This document shows positions 10,173 through 18,855 of a DNA stretch of 64,000 nucleotides, one piece after another. The position numbers were made by a program, and so were the translations under genes. Origin of the DNA: Myxococcales bacterium. Its GTDB lineage: Bacteria > Myxococcota_A > UBA9042 > JABWCM01 > BTVJ01. The stretch is taken from positions 35,446 through 99,445 of the forward strand of contig BTVJ01000021.1 of assembly GCA_045863395.1 (NCBI GenBank). The letters run 5' to 3'. Position 1 is the stretch's first letter. Every line of letters begins with the position of its first letter. Below the pieces are notes generated by a model. That model had not been told where the DNA came from. It saw nothing but the letters and a program-made list of their open reading frames with translations, and made no database searches.

Positions 10173-10891
10173 CCCACGTAGCTCCGGGGGGTCGGCTCGT
10201 CGATGCCGAAGCGCACCGGGGCCAAGCCGCGGGGATCGTGGAAGGTCCCGAAGGCCAGGTCCATCAGCGGGCTCAGATTGGCGAAGTTGGCGCGCTGCCC
10301 GACCTCCACCTCGTGATGCCAGTTGTGGAGCCGGGGCGAGCCCACGAGCTTCTCCAGGGGGCCGAGCCGCAGCGACACGTTGGAGTGGATGAAGAGGCCC
10401 CACAGCCCGCGGAAGGCGACGAAGCCTGCGATGTGCTCCAGGGGGAAGCCGAGCAGGAAGGCGGGCAGGTTCTCCACGAGCCGCGTCAGGAAGCCGTCCA
10501 CCGGGTGCTCCCGATAAGCAGCGAGCCAGTCCAGGTGCTCCGTCGTGTGGTGGACACGGTGGAAGCGCCAGAGCAGGGGGACGGCGTGGCTCGCGCGGTG
10601 AAACCAGTAGACCGACAGGTCGCAGAGCGCGATGGCCAGCGCGACGCGGGCCCACAGGGGGAGCTCGCTGGCGGCCTCCCGCAACCCCGAGAGTGGGAGT
10701 CCATGGAGCCCCTGCGCTACGAGGACGAGCCCTCCGACGACCAGGCCGTTCCAGACCAGCGCCTGCCCCGCGTAGAAGAGGAGGTCCGTCCCCCACTCGG
10801 GCCGCAGTGTACGCTGGGCGCGCGCCGGGAAGGACCGCTCCAGGCCCCAGAAGATCGCGGCCATGGCCACGAAGAACACCAGCTCGGTCAC
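10103..10891 (-). CDS. Sterol desaturase / fatty acid hydroxylase superfamily protein
   Basis: His boxes YWFHRASH, FHRVHH, FIHSN, LHNWHH; GTG start overlaps the upstream TGA. Confidence 0.9.
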   Translation of the reverse strand: MTELVFFVAMAAIFWGLERSFPARAQRTLRPEWGTDLLFYAGQALVWNGLVVGGLVLVAQGLHGLPLSGLREAASELPLWARVALAIALCDLSVYWFHRASHAVPLLWRFHRVHHTTEHLDWLAAYREHPVDGFLTRLVENLPAFLLGFPLEHIAGFVAFRGLWGLFIHSNVSLRLGPLEKLVGSPRLHNWHHEVEVGQRANFANLSPLMDLAFGTFHDPRGLAPVRFGIDEPTPRSYVGQIVAPLVPESLASMGRMRTGVS

Positions 10892-11535
10892 TGCGCCTCC
10901 TGGGGCTGCTGCTGCGGCTCGACGAGCGGCGCGAACAGCCCTGGATCCGCGGCCTTCGACGACGGAATCAGGATACGCGGCGGCGGAGGGTCGTTGGGAG
11001 GAGGCGGCAGATCGGTGGGCATCATCGCCTTGGAGGAGTGGAACATCACGGGCGGCGCCTCGGGACGGGGCCTGAGAGGACGGACCTTGGGGGGCCGAGC
11101 GACGTCGGCCGGAGCCTCCGCGGGGGCGACGGCGCCCGGCGCGGCGGGGGCGACGGCGCCCGCAGCCTCCGCGGGGGCGACGGCGCCCGGTGCGGCGGGG
11201 GCGACGGCGCCCGGAGCCTCCGCGGAGCGGTCCGCTTCTACGGCCGGAGCGGTGGGCTCCGAGCTGGGCGTGTCCGAAGGGGTGGGCGCCTTCACAGGGC
11301 CCGCCTTTCCCCGCGCTCCGGCGGGAGGTGCCTCCGCGGGAGCCTGCGCCGCGCCCGCGGCGGGTGAAGGAGCCTCCCGCGCGGCATCCGGCGCCCCGAC
11401 GGGGACCGGGTCCGCGTCGGGCGGCACGGCGGAGCGCTGGGTCGCCCAGACGATGACGACGAGGGCAGCAACGGCGACGGCGAGCGCAGCAGCCCGGGCG
11501 GGCCGCGGCCAGGTGGAGCGGGCGGGCGTTGACAT
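10888..11535 (-). CDS. Membrane-anchored Pro/Ala-rich hypothetical protein
   Basis: GGAGG RBS, one N-terminal TM segment, repeated PGAVAPA; coupled to the desaturase gene. Confidence 0.65.
   Translation of the reverse strand: MSTPARSTWPRPARAAALAVAVAALVVIVWATQRSAVPPDADPVPVGAPDAAREAPSPAAGAAQAPAEAPPAGARGKAGPVKAPTPSDTPSSEPTAPAVEADRSAEAPGAVAPAAPGAVAPAEAAGAVAPAAPGAVAPAEAPADVARPPKVRPLRPRPEAPPVMFHSSKAMMPTDLPPPPNDPPPPRILIPSSKAADPGLFAPLVEPQQQPQEAQ
11113..11225. repeat. 51-bp coding tandem repeat (about 2.2 copies)
   Basis: AGCCTCCGCGG recurs at 11113, 11164 and 11215 with nearly identical units. Confidence 0.85.
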
Positions 11536-11774
11536 CGGGTCCTCCATGGGTGGCGCCGGCTCGGCGGCGTAGACCTGCGTGGAAGCTCCCATCAACGCAC
11601 AGGTCGTCGCCGGGATCCACTCTCTGTTGAGCACGGCGGGCCAATTCACGGGCTCAGCAACACGGATGGGCTCGGACCCCACCCGCAGCCGACCGAGATC
11701 GCGACGCATGCTCAGAAAAGAGTCACAGGTAGCCAGCGTCCGGAGTCCTCCCCCCGGAGCCAGGTTCGGCCCCG

Positions 11775-13313
11775 TCAGCGCATGACGGCGATGGCGTCGG
11801 GGATCGCCTCGGAGCCCGTGCCCAGCTCCACCTGGCCGAGGTCCGTCACGACGCCGACGCCGTCGATGCGGAGCACCGCCACGTTCGGGCCCCCGTTGAC
11901 GTCGACGGAGGGGATCAAGACGAGGCCCTCGCTCGACCCCCGGTCGATGAGCGCCATCTGGTCGGCGAGCCCGATGCCCTTGATCTCTCCCGTCACCGAG
12001 AGGCCCGAGCCCAGGTCCGAGAGGATCGCCACGCGGTTGACCTCCGGGCGGCTGATCAGCGCCGTCAGGCCGTCCGGCGAGAAGAGCGCCTCGCTGACGG
12101 CGCTCAGGGTCGTGATGCGGTCCACCTCGGTCAGCACGCCGTCGCCGATGGCCAGGACCGAGATGTCTCCCTCCTCGAAGGAGAAGGCCGACGCGTTGGG
12201 CACGAGCACGCGGCTCCCGTCCGGGGAGGCGGCGATTCGCCCCGTGTTGACGAAGTCCTTGAAGACGTCGAAGGACCCCATCTCTACCCAGGCGTCGCCG
12301 TTGCGCCCCAGCAGGCGGATGTCGTCCGGGTCCTTCGGCGCAAAGACGGTCTGGCCGCCCAGGAGCACCGCGGTCTGCTCGCCGGGCAGCACCGCGATGG
12401 ACTCGGCCAGGCGCACGTTGTAGAAGCCCGCCGTGTCCACGGTCAGGGTGCCGTCGCAGCCGATGTGCACCACGGAGACCCCGCTGGTCTCGTTGACGTT
12501 GAGGCCCACCACCCAGGCGACCGAGCCGTCCTGAGAGATGGCGATGTCTCCGTAGTCGGCGGACGGCAGCTTGACAGAGTCCACCACGGCCAGCTCCTGC
12601 GCGCCCTCGACGGACACGGACACCACGTCGCCGTCCTCGCCCACGACCAGCGCGATGGTGCCCGAAGGGACGAAGGCGATGCGCGCTGGCCGCACCCCGA
12701 CGTCCAGGAGCACGCCGTCGTCGACGGGCATTCCGCCAGGCTCCAGGCTCATGGAGCGTATGGTCTTGCCCGGAGTCCCTGGCTTGGCCGTGAAGGGGTG
12801 ACCGACCAGCACGACCCGGGGGCGGTCGTCGTCGCCGGGATCGCCCAGGTCGCAGAGTGGTCCAGGGTTCTCTCCGATGTCGGGCGCTGGGGGCCCGGAG
12901 TCTATGCCGGCGGCCGAGTCTCCGGCGGGCGACGCGACGTCAGCGCCGGGAGTGTCACCGGGGCTCAGAGTGTCTGTTGCGGCGTCCGTCAGCTCGGCCG
13001 TGTCAGGCAGATCGAGCGTATCAGCCAAGTCAGCCGTGTCGGGCAACGCAGGGACGTCGTCCACCGTCGCCGAGTCCACGGGGTACGTCCCGGAGTCCTG
13101 GAGCGTGTCCGCAGTGGCATCCGCACCGGCGCCCGCACCGGCGTCCGTGCCGGCGTCCGTACCGGCGTCCGCACCGGCGACGCCCGGGCCGGCGTCCACT
13201 CCCGCCCCACCGTCCGCCCCTATGTCTGCCGCGGGCACGCCGGGGCCGTCATCCCCCCCTCCGCACGCGGACAAGCATCCGATTGCTGCAAGCGTCAGCG
13301 CGAACCTGCGCAT
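11775..13313 (-). CDS. Lipoprotein with acidic linker and C-terminal beta-propeller (lactonase/YVTN-like)
   Basis: Lipobox CLSAC; blade motifs IAFVPSG, IAISQDG, IAASPDG, LFSPDG. Confidence 0.75.
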   Translation of the reverse strand: MRRFALTLAAIGCLSACGGGDDGPGVPAADIGADGGAGVDAGPGVAGADAGTDAGTDAGAGAGADATADTLQDSGTYPVDSATVDDVPALPDTADLADTLDLPDTAELTDAATDTLSPGDTPGADVASPAGDSAAGIDSGPPAPDIGENPGPLCDLGDPGDDDRPRVVLVGHPFTAKPGTPGKTIRSMSLEPGGMPVDDGVLLDVGVRPARIAFVPSGTIALVVGEDGDVVSVSVEGAQELAVVDSVKLPSADYGDIAISQDGSVAWVVGLNVNETSGVSVVHIGCDGTLTVDTAGFYNVRLAESIAVLPGEQTAVLLGGQTVFAPKDPDDIRLLGRNGDAWVEMGSFDVFKDFVNTGRIAASPDGSRVLVPNASAFSFEEGDISVLAIGDGVLTEVDRITTLSAVSEALFSPDGLTALISRPEVNRVAILSDLGSGLSVTGEIKGIGLADQMALIDRGSSEGLVLIPSVDVNGGPNVAVLRIDGVGVVTDLGQVELGTGSEAIPDAIAVMR

Positions 13314-13392
13314 GATCTCCCTCCGCGCCAGTCCCCATGTCCAGGGGCTCCGGGCGCACACTACCCCGCTGGGGGACAGCGGTCCAGGGGGA

Positions 13393-14991
13393 TCACGGGG
13401 CCGGAGCGACCTCGGGTGACGGACCGGGGAGGTCCGACGGGGCCGGCGCAGGGCTGGGGATCGCGGTGGCGGGGACCATGGGACCATCCGAGGGGAGGCC
13501 TGCGCCCATGGGTGCCGGCGACACGGAGGTGCCTGCGCCCATCGGTGCTGGGGCCGGCGGCAGGGGCACGGGCGCAGCCTCCGGGAGCCGGTCCGCCTTG
13601 ACCGAGGCGACGAAGGACGGGTCGCGCACCGCGATCTGGCCTTGGCGCGAGAGATCCACCGACTTCGTGAGGATCCGCGCCGCCTCCTGCGGGGCGTGGA
13701 AGCCGGTGGAGTTCTCCGCCTCCACGAAGTCGAGCAGGAAGGTCGCCTGCCGCTGCAGCGACCGCGCCTGAGCAAGGTCCGCGTCGTTCTTCCCGTCTCT
13801 GCGCGCCTTCTCGATGTCTCCGATCAGCGCCACCAGGGCGTCCATGGCCCGGTTCCGCATCTCGAAGTGGCGGTCCTGGATGGTCTCGACCCTCGCCTTC
13901 AGCTCCGTCTCGGGGACGTTGTGGCAGGTCTGGCAGGCGCGGTTGATGTTCAGCATCGGGCTGCGCACGTGGTGGTCGCTGATCTTCTGTGCCCCCTCCC
14001 GCTTGTAGGGCATGTGGCAGTCTGCGCAGGCCACCCCGGACCGCGCGTGCACGCCCTAGCTCCACAGCTCGAACTCGGGGTGCTGCGCCTTGAGGGTGGG
14101 GGCGCCGGTGGTCGCGTGGACCCAGTCCTTGAACCCGGTCTCCTCGTAGTACTCCAGGATCTCGTCGGCCTTGAGCCCCTTGAACCACGGGTAGGTCAGG
14201 CGCTTCTCGGGCCCCTTGAAGTAGTACTCCACATGGCACTGCCCGCAGACGTAGGAGCGCATCTCCTGCCGTGTCGCCATGGCGTTGACGTCGTAGCCCT
14301 CGACCCCCTGGCTCGCCTTGTAGGCGCGGATGCCCTCGATGAACCCGGGCCGCGTCACGCGCAGCGCCATGGTCTGTGAGTCATGGCAGTCGATGCAGGC
14401 CACCGGGTGCTCGACGAGCTTGCGGGCCTCCTCGTAGGGCATCTGGTTGACCTTCTCGAAGCCCGCGATCAGGTCGCCGTTGCCCTCCTTCATGTAGGCC
14501 GCATAGACCGACGCGTGGCAGTGGAGACAAGTGCCGGGCTGCTTGGCGACCACCTGGCGCTCCGTGTAGATCTGGTCCTCCAGCATGTAGGCGTGGCCCC
14601 GCTCCTCGCGGAAGTCCTTCGCAAAGGCGTAGCCGGCCCACATGACCTTCAGGCGCGGGTCCTCCTCGACCTTCGACTGGCTGACGCGCGTGCGCGGGTC
14701 CCGCGGGTCCGGGGTGCGGGGCATGGCCTCGCTGCCTCCGTAGCGCGTGCGCTCCATGTCGACGGTGCGCTTGTAGTCGTCGTACTGCAGCGGGAAGTTC
14801 TTGCCCCACAGGGCGGGGTCGACACTGGTGTCGGCCAGCTCCACGACCCGGAAGAACGGGTTCTTCGCCTCCTGTTTGTGCTCGAACACGTTGACCAGCA
14901 GCGCGGTGAGCCCTGCGGTCACCACGGCGGACGCCAGCACGACCACGCCGGCCACCCAGAGCCGGATCTTCCTCGGGTTGCTCTCGCTCAT
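13393..14991 (-). pseudogene. nrfA: Ammonia-forming cytochrome c nitrite reductase catalytic subunit (CXXCH type), interrupted by an in-frame TAG at 14056-14058
   Basis: Five heme motifs CLHCH, CIDCH, CGQCH | CADCH, CQTCH; RGHAY, LKAQHPEFE, ENSTGFHAP; both ORF pieces are in the same frame either side of the TAG. Confidence 0.9.
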
Positions 14992-15027
14992 CTTGGGCTC
15001 CTTGCAGCTCTCACTTCTGGGATCGCG

Positions 15028-15489
15028 TCAGGGGTGACCCACACCGGCGTGGCACCGGACGCAGGCGGCCTCGCCCGCGCCCGCGTGACCCTCGATGGCC
15101 TCCACGATGGGGGCGTGACAGCCGCGGCAGCGCCGCTCCACGATCTCGAGGTTCGACGCCTTGATGCGGATGGGCTCCGCAAAGTCCCCGGACGTGAAGG
15201 CGGCCGAGTGGTGCCAGCCGTTGGACATCTTGGCGACCATCTTGGGGATGAAGGCCTCGGGGGTGTGACAGTCATTGCAGACGGCCACGTGACGGTGCGA
15301 CGACTTCGTCCAGCCATCGAGCTGCTCCTGCATCACATGGCAGTTGGCGCAGGCGTTGGGGTCGTTGGTCAGGTAGGAGCCCCCCTTCGCGTAGAAGAAG
15401 GTGTAGGCCCCGACCCCGGCGGCGGTGCCGACGGCGATGGAGAGCGCGACGACCACGGTTGCGAGCGACAACAGGCGGTTCGGGTTCAT
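15028..15489 (-). CDS. nrfH: Cytochrome c nitrite reductase small subunit (NapC/NirT-type tetraheme)
   Basis: N-terminal TM; SYLTNDPNACANCHVM, CNDCH, CRGCH, CVRCHAGVGH; lies directly upstream of nrfA. Confidence 0.92.
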   Translation of the reverse strand: MNPNRLLSLATVVVALSIAVGTAAGVGAYTFFYAKGGSYLTNDPNACANCHVMQEQLDGWTKSSHRHVAVCNDCHTPEAFIPKMVAKMSNGWHHSAAFTSGDFAEPIRIKASNLEIVERRCRGCHAPIVEAIEGHAGAGEAACVRCHAGVGHP

Positions 15490-15563
15490 GGAGCCTCATA
15501 CGTGACCACAGGTGCTATAAACCCCGTTATCCTTTTTCACCGCTACCAATCCAACGAGCCTCC

Positions 15564-15578
15564 GCGTCATGCATGCCA
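15564..15578 (-). promoter_or_regulatory. Candidate sigma54 -24/-12 promoter for nrfHA
   Basis: Minus strand reads TGGCATGCATGACGC (GG-N10-GC), 75 bp upstream of the nrfH ATG in an AT-enriched intergenic region. Confidence 0.5.
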
Positions 15579-15673
15579 CGAAGTGAGGCATGGAGCAATA
15601 CACACGACCGTAACAACATGAAATCACGACACACTCAATCCTCACGACCAGGGGGCCGCGAGACACCTCCCCC

Positions 15674-18148
15674 TCAGGGGACGTACCACCCGATGCAGGT
15701 GCCCCACTGGCAGTGGTCGTCCCAGGTGTTCCAGTCGCCGTCGTCGCACCAGGTCCCCCAGGGGGCCTCCTCCCACTGGCAGCCGCTGCCCGGGTCGCAC
15801 CAGGCGGTGGCGCACTGCCCCCCGTCGCCGCACCAGACGGGGCCGCCACTGCACCCGCCCGGGGCGCAGGTGTCGCCCTCGGTGCAGGCGTCGCCGTCGT
15901 CGCAGGGGGCGTAGCTCCAGGCGGACACGCAGCTCCCGCCCTCGCACCAGTCGTCGGTGCATGGGTCGCCGTCGTCGCAGCCGACCGGGGCCCCGGCGCA
16001 GGTCGCGCCACCCGTGCAGGCGTCTCCGGTGGTGCATGGGTTCCCGTCGTCGCAGGGGTCGCCGGTCTCCGGCTCGAAGTGGCACGTACCCCAACCGCAG
16101 AAGTCCTCGGTGCACGGGTTGTCGTCGGCGCACCACACGGGCTCGCCGCCGCACCCCCACCACCGACACCAGTCGTCCTCGGTGCATGCGTCGCCGTCGT
16201 CACACCAGGCGCCGGAGCCCGCTTCGTGGATGCAGCCGTACCAGGGCGCACAGGAGTCCGTGGTGCAGGGGTCGCCGTCGTCGCACGAGACCGGGGTGGG
16301 GCCCACGCACGCGACTCCGTCGCATCCGTCGCCCGTCGTGCAGGCGTTGCCGTCGTCGCAGGGGCCGGGCGTGGGGCTGTGGACGCATCCGGTGGCCGGG
16401 GAGCAGCCGTCCGCCGTGCAGGGGTCGCCGTCGTGGCAGCCTGTCGCGTAGAGGCCCACGCACGTGCCGTCCTGGCACGCGTCGCCTGTCGTGCAGGCGT
16501 CGCCGTCGTCGCAGGAGCCGGGAATGGGGGCGTGGGAGCAGCCCGACGGACCGCACGTGTCCGCCGTGCAGGGGTTGCCGTCGGCGCAGCTCATCGGGGG
16601 GCCCGGCTGGCACGCGCCGGCCGCGCACAGGTCGGTGGAGGTGCAGGGATCGCCGTCGTCGCAGGGGCCGGACGCGGGCGTGTACGCGCACCCCCCGCTG
16701 CCGCACGAGTCGGCGGTGCACGGGTTGCCGTCGTCGCAGGCCACCAGTTCGCCGGCACAGATCCCGCTCGCGCAGAGGTCGGCGGTCGTGCAGGGGTCGC
16801 CGTCGTCGCAGGCCCCCGGGACGGGCCACTGCACGCAGCCCCCCGTGGCGCACACTGCCACCGTGCAGGGCGACCCGTCGTCCGGGCAGGCGAGCGGAGC
16901 CGACGCGCACACGCCGCCGACGCAGCCGCCACTCGTGCAGGGGTCGCTGTCGTCGCAGAGGAGCGGCGACTGGATGCAGCCGCCCCCCTCGCAGCCGTCG
17001 GTGGTGCAGGGGTCGCCGTCGTCGCAAGGCAGCGCCGCGTGCCAGCAGCCGGGGGGCGTGATCGGACGCTCGCACAGAGCACAGGCAGCCTCGGAGGCCA
17101 CCACCCACCCCGCGGGGCCCACGGCGACGCGGTCCCCCTCGACGGGGACGGGAGCCAGGCCCACCCAGGCATCGAAGTCGTAGGGCTCTCCGGTGTCCCA
17201 GCTCCACGCGTCATCCAACGCCCCGAGGCCGATCCAGGCCGGACCGCACTCGCCGGCCAGGTCACTGGCGAGGGCGTCCTCGGGGGCGCTCCCGAGTGTC
17301 GCGAGGTGGCCGCCCCAGCCGGCGCACAGCGCGGCCGCGTCGGCCGGGCCGATGGGCTCCGACGAGAGCGCGATGAAGCACGCCCCTCCGAGGGCGGTGC
17401 CGTCGCAGGCGGAGAGGTCCACCGGGGTGCAGCCGTCGAGAGTGCATGGGTCGCCGTCGTCGCACGTGAAGGGCACCCATGCGAGGCAGCCAGAGATCGA
17501 GGCGCAGACGCGAACGCCGTCTCCACAGTCCCACGTCCCTTCCACGTCGCACGGGTCCGAGCAGGTGCCACCCGTGTCGGTCGTGCCGCCGGTGTCCCCG
17601 CTGGCGCCGACGTCAGGAGCGGGGGCACCGGTGTCCTCCTGAGTGTCCAGGCTCTGCACGGCGTCCTGCGACACATCGGACCACGGGGTCACGGCGCCGT
17701 CTGCAGCGTCCTGGTCCGAGCGACTCCACCCCGCGTCCCCACTGCCGCCGTCCAAGCTCCAGGAGTCATCTCCGTCTGGTTCCGCGACGCCCTCGCCCGA
17801 GTCCCCACCGAGCGTGTCAGGTCCGGCCGACGTGTCCAGGCCCAACGCATCGTCAACGTCCCAGGCGTCCGCGCTGGTTGAGTCCCCGTGACCGACCCCG
17901 TCCTTTGGCGGGCCTGCTCCTCTCGCCTCCGCGAATTCGTTGAGATCTGCGCCCTGTCCGGGCTCCCAGTCGGGGAACAGCAACCCTACGTCCGCGCCGG
18001 CCTCGGGTGCTGTGTCATCGCCATCGCCAGGGACCGGCGCAGCGCAGGACGCGATCATGAGCAGCATCGCCGCCAGGGGTCTCCACGCAGCGCGCCCCCC
18101 CCGTGGGATGGCACCCAGGACCCGCGGTCTCATAGCCGGCCATGACAT
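15674..18148 (-). CDS. Cys-rich repeat (CDDGDPCT) surface lipoprotein with a C-type lectin-like domain
   Basis: Lipobox LMIASC; CFIAL..CAGWGGHLATL..AWIGL..WSW..LCE lectin pattern at about 17065-17385; many CDDG(D/N)xCT repeats. Confidence 0.85.
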   Translation of the reverse strand: MSWPAMRPRVLGAIPRGGRAAWRPLAAMLLMIASCAAPVPGDGDDTAPEAGADVGLLFPDWEPGQGADLNEFAEARGAGPPKDGVGHGDSTSADAWDVDDALGLDTSAGPDTLGGDSGEGVAEPDGDDSWSLDGGSGDAGWSRSDQDAADGAVTPWSDVSQDAVQSLDTQEDTGAPAPDVGASGDTGGTTDTGGTCSDPCDVEGTWDCGDGVRVCASISGCLAWVPFTCDDGDPCTLDGCTPVDLSACDGTALGGACFIALSSEPIGPADAAALCAGWGGHLATLGSAPEDALASDLAGECGPAWIGLGALDDAWSWDTGEPYDFDAWVGLAPVPVEGDRVAVGPAGWVVASEAACALCERPITPPGCWHAALPCDDGDPCTTDGCEGGGCIQSPLLCDDSDPCTSGGCVGGVCASAPLACPDDGSPCTVAVCATGGCVQWPVPGACDDGDPCTTADLCASGICAGELVACDDGNPCTADSCGSGGCAYTPASGPCDDGDPCTSTDLCAAGACQPGPPMSCADGNPCTADTCGPSGCSHAPIPGSCDDGDACTTGDACQDGTCVGLYATGCHDGDPCTADGCSPATGCVHSPTPGPCDDGNACTTGDGCDGVACVGPTPVSCDDGDPCTTDSCAPWYGCIHEAGSGAWCDDGDACTEDDWCRWWGCGGEPVWCADDNPCTEDFCGWGTCHFEPETGDPCDDGNPCTTGDACTGGATCAGAPVGCDDGDPCTDDWCEGGSCVSAWSYAPCDDGDACTEGDTCAPGGCSGGPVWCGDGGQCATAWCDPGSGCQWEEAPWGTWCDDGDWNTWDDHCQWGTCIGWYVP

Positions 18149-18315
18149 CGCGGCCTCCGGGGCTCGATCCCGTCCGCAACCCGGAACCGGGCATGCAATG
18201 CACGTCTTCCAGGACCAGCAGACGGTACGGCTCAGCCGTGAACGGTGTCAAGGCGACGGACACCCAGCAAATCGAGGCCGGGATGCAGCCGGGAGGCGGC
18301 CGGACCGAGCCGTGA

Positions 18316-18343
18316 CATATGAGATCTGAGTAGTCTTGACCCC
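18316..18343 (-). repeat. 28-bp dispersed element, copy 1
   Basis: Reverse complement is GGGGTCAAGACTACTCAGATCTCATATG; TGACCCCTCTTC is tandemly duplicated at 18337-18360. Confidence 0.85.
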
Positions 18344-18359
18344 TCTTCTGACCCCTCTT

Positions 18360-18521
18360 CTCGCCGTCGAGGGCCTCGAAGAGGGCCTCTACTTCCGGGC
18401 GCTCGCGGCTCTCCTGGCCGCGGCGCCCGCGCGGGTCGACCTGGTGCGGATGGAAGAGGCCGACGCGAGCCTCCGCGAGCGTGTCCTGATGCACGGTTTG
18501 CTGCTGGAGACCGCGCGATGA
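18360..18521 (+). pseudogene. 3' remnant of a minimal nucleotidyltransferase (MNT antitoxin)
   Basis: LAVEGL..YFRALAALL..VDLVRMEEA..SLRERVL..G matches the MNT C-terminal half; the GS and DxD catalytic N-terminus is missing; ATGA overlap with the next gene. Confidence 0.7.
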
Positions 18522-18792
18522 CCGCCGCAGACCGGATGCGGGTCCTGCTCGCCGACCTCGCCGCCGACAGGGTGGCTCTCGACCGCCACGCTCGAACCAT
18601 CGATCAGTGCCTGGCAGCAACCCCGTGGGAGCCGGACGCCCCGGTCCTTTCCGTGGTCGCCGTCTCGCTCCACCACTGGTACAGCGCCGCCGAGAGCGCC
18701 CTGGAGCGCATCATCCGCTGCTTCGAGGGCGTCCCATCGCGAGACGACCGGTGGCACCGGCGCATCGTGGAGTTGGCGACTCGCGAGAGGAG
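18518..18792 (+). pseudogene. 5' remnant of a HepT-like HEPN ribonuclease toxin
   Basis: VAVSLHHWYSAAESALERI..FEG....DRWHRRIV is typical of the HepT-like N-terminal half; similarity stops at the repeat and no Rx4H motif in family context follows. Confidence 0.7.
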
Positions 18793-18820
18793 GGGGTCAA
18801 GTATACTCATATCTCATATC
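18793..18820 (+). repeat. 28-bp dispersed element, copy 2
   Basis: GGGGTCAAGTATACTCATATCTCATATC. Confidence 0.85.
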
Positions 18821-18855
18821 TTCGCCGGGTCCCGGCGCCACGACTCCACCTCCGG

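Noticed and set aside
18316..18820. Tn3-family transposon or MITE with GGGG terminal inverted repeats
   Set aside because: The GGGG ends face inward rather than outward, the repeat is 28 bp rather than about 38 bp, and there is no flanking target duplication or transposase.
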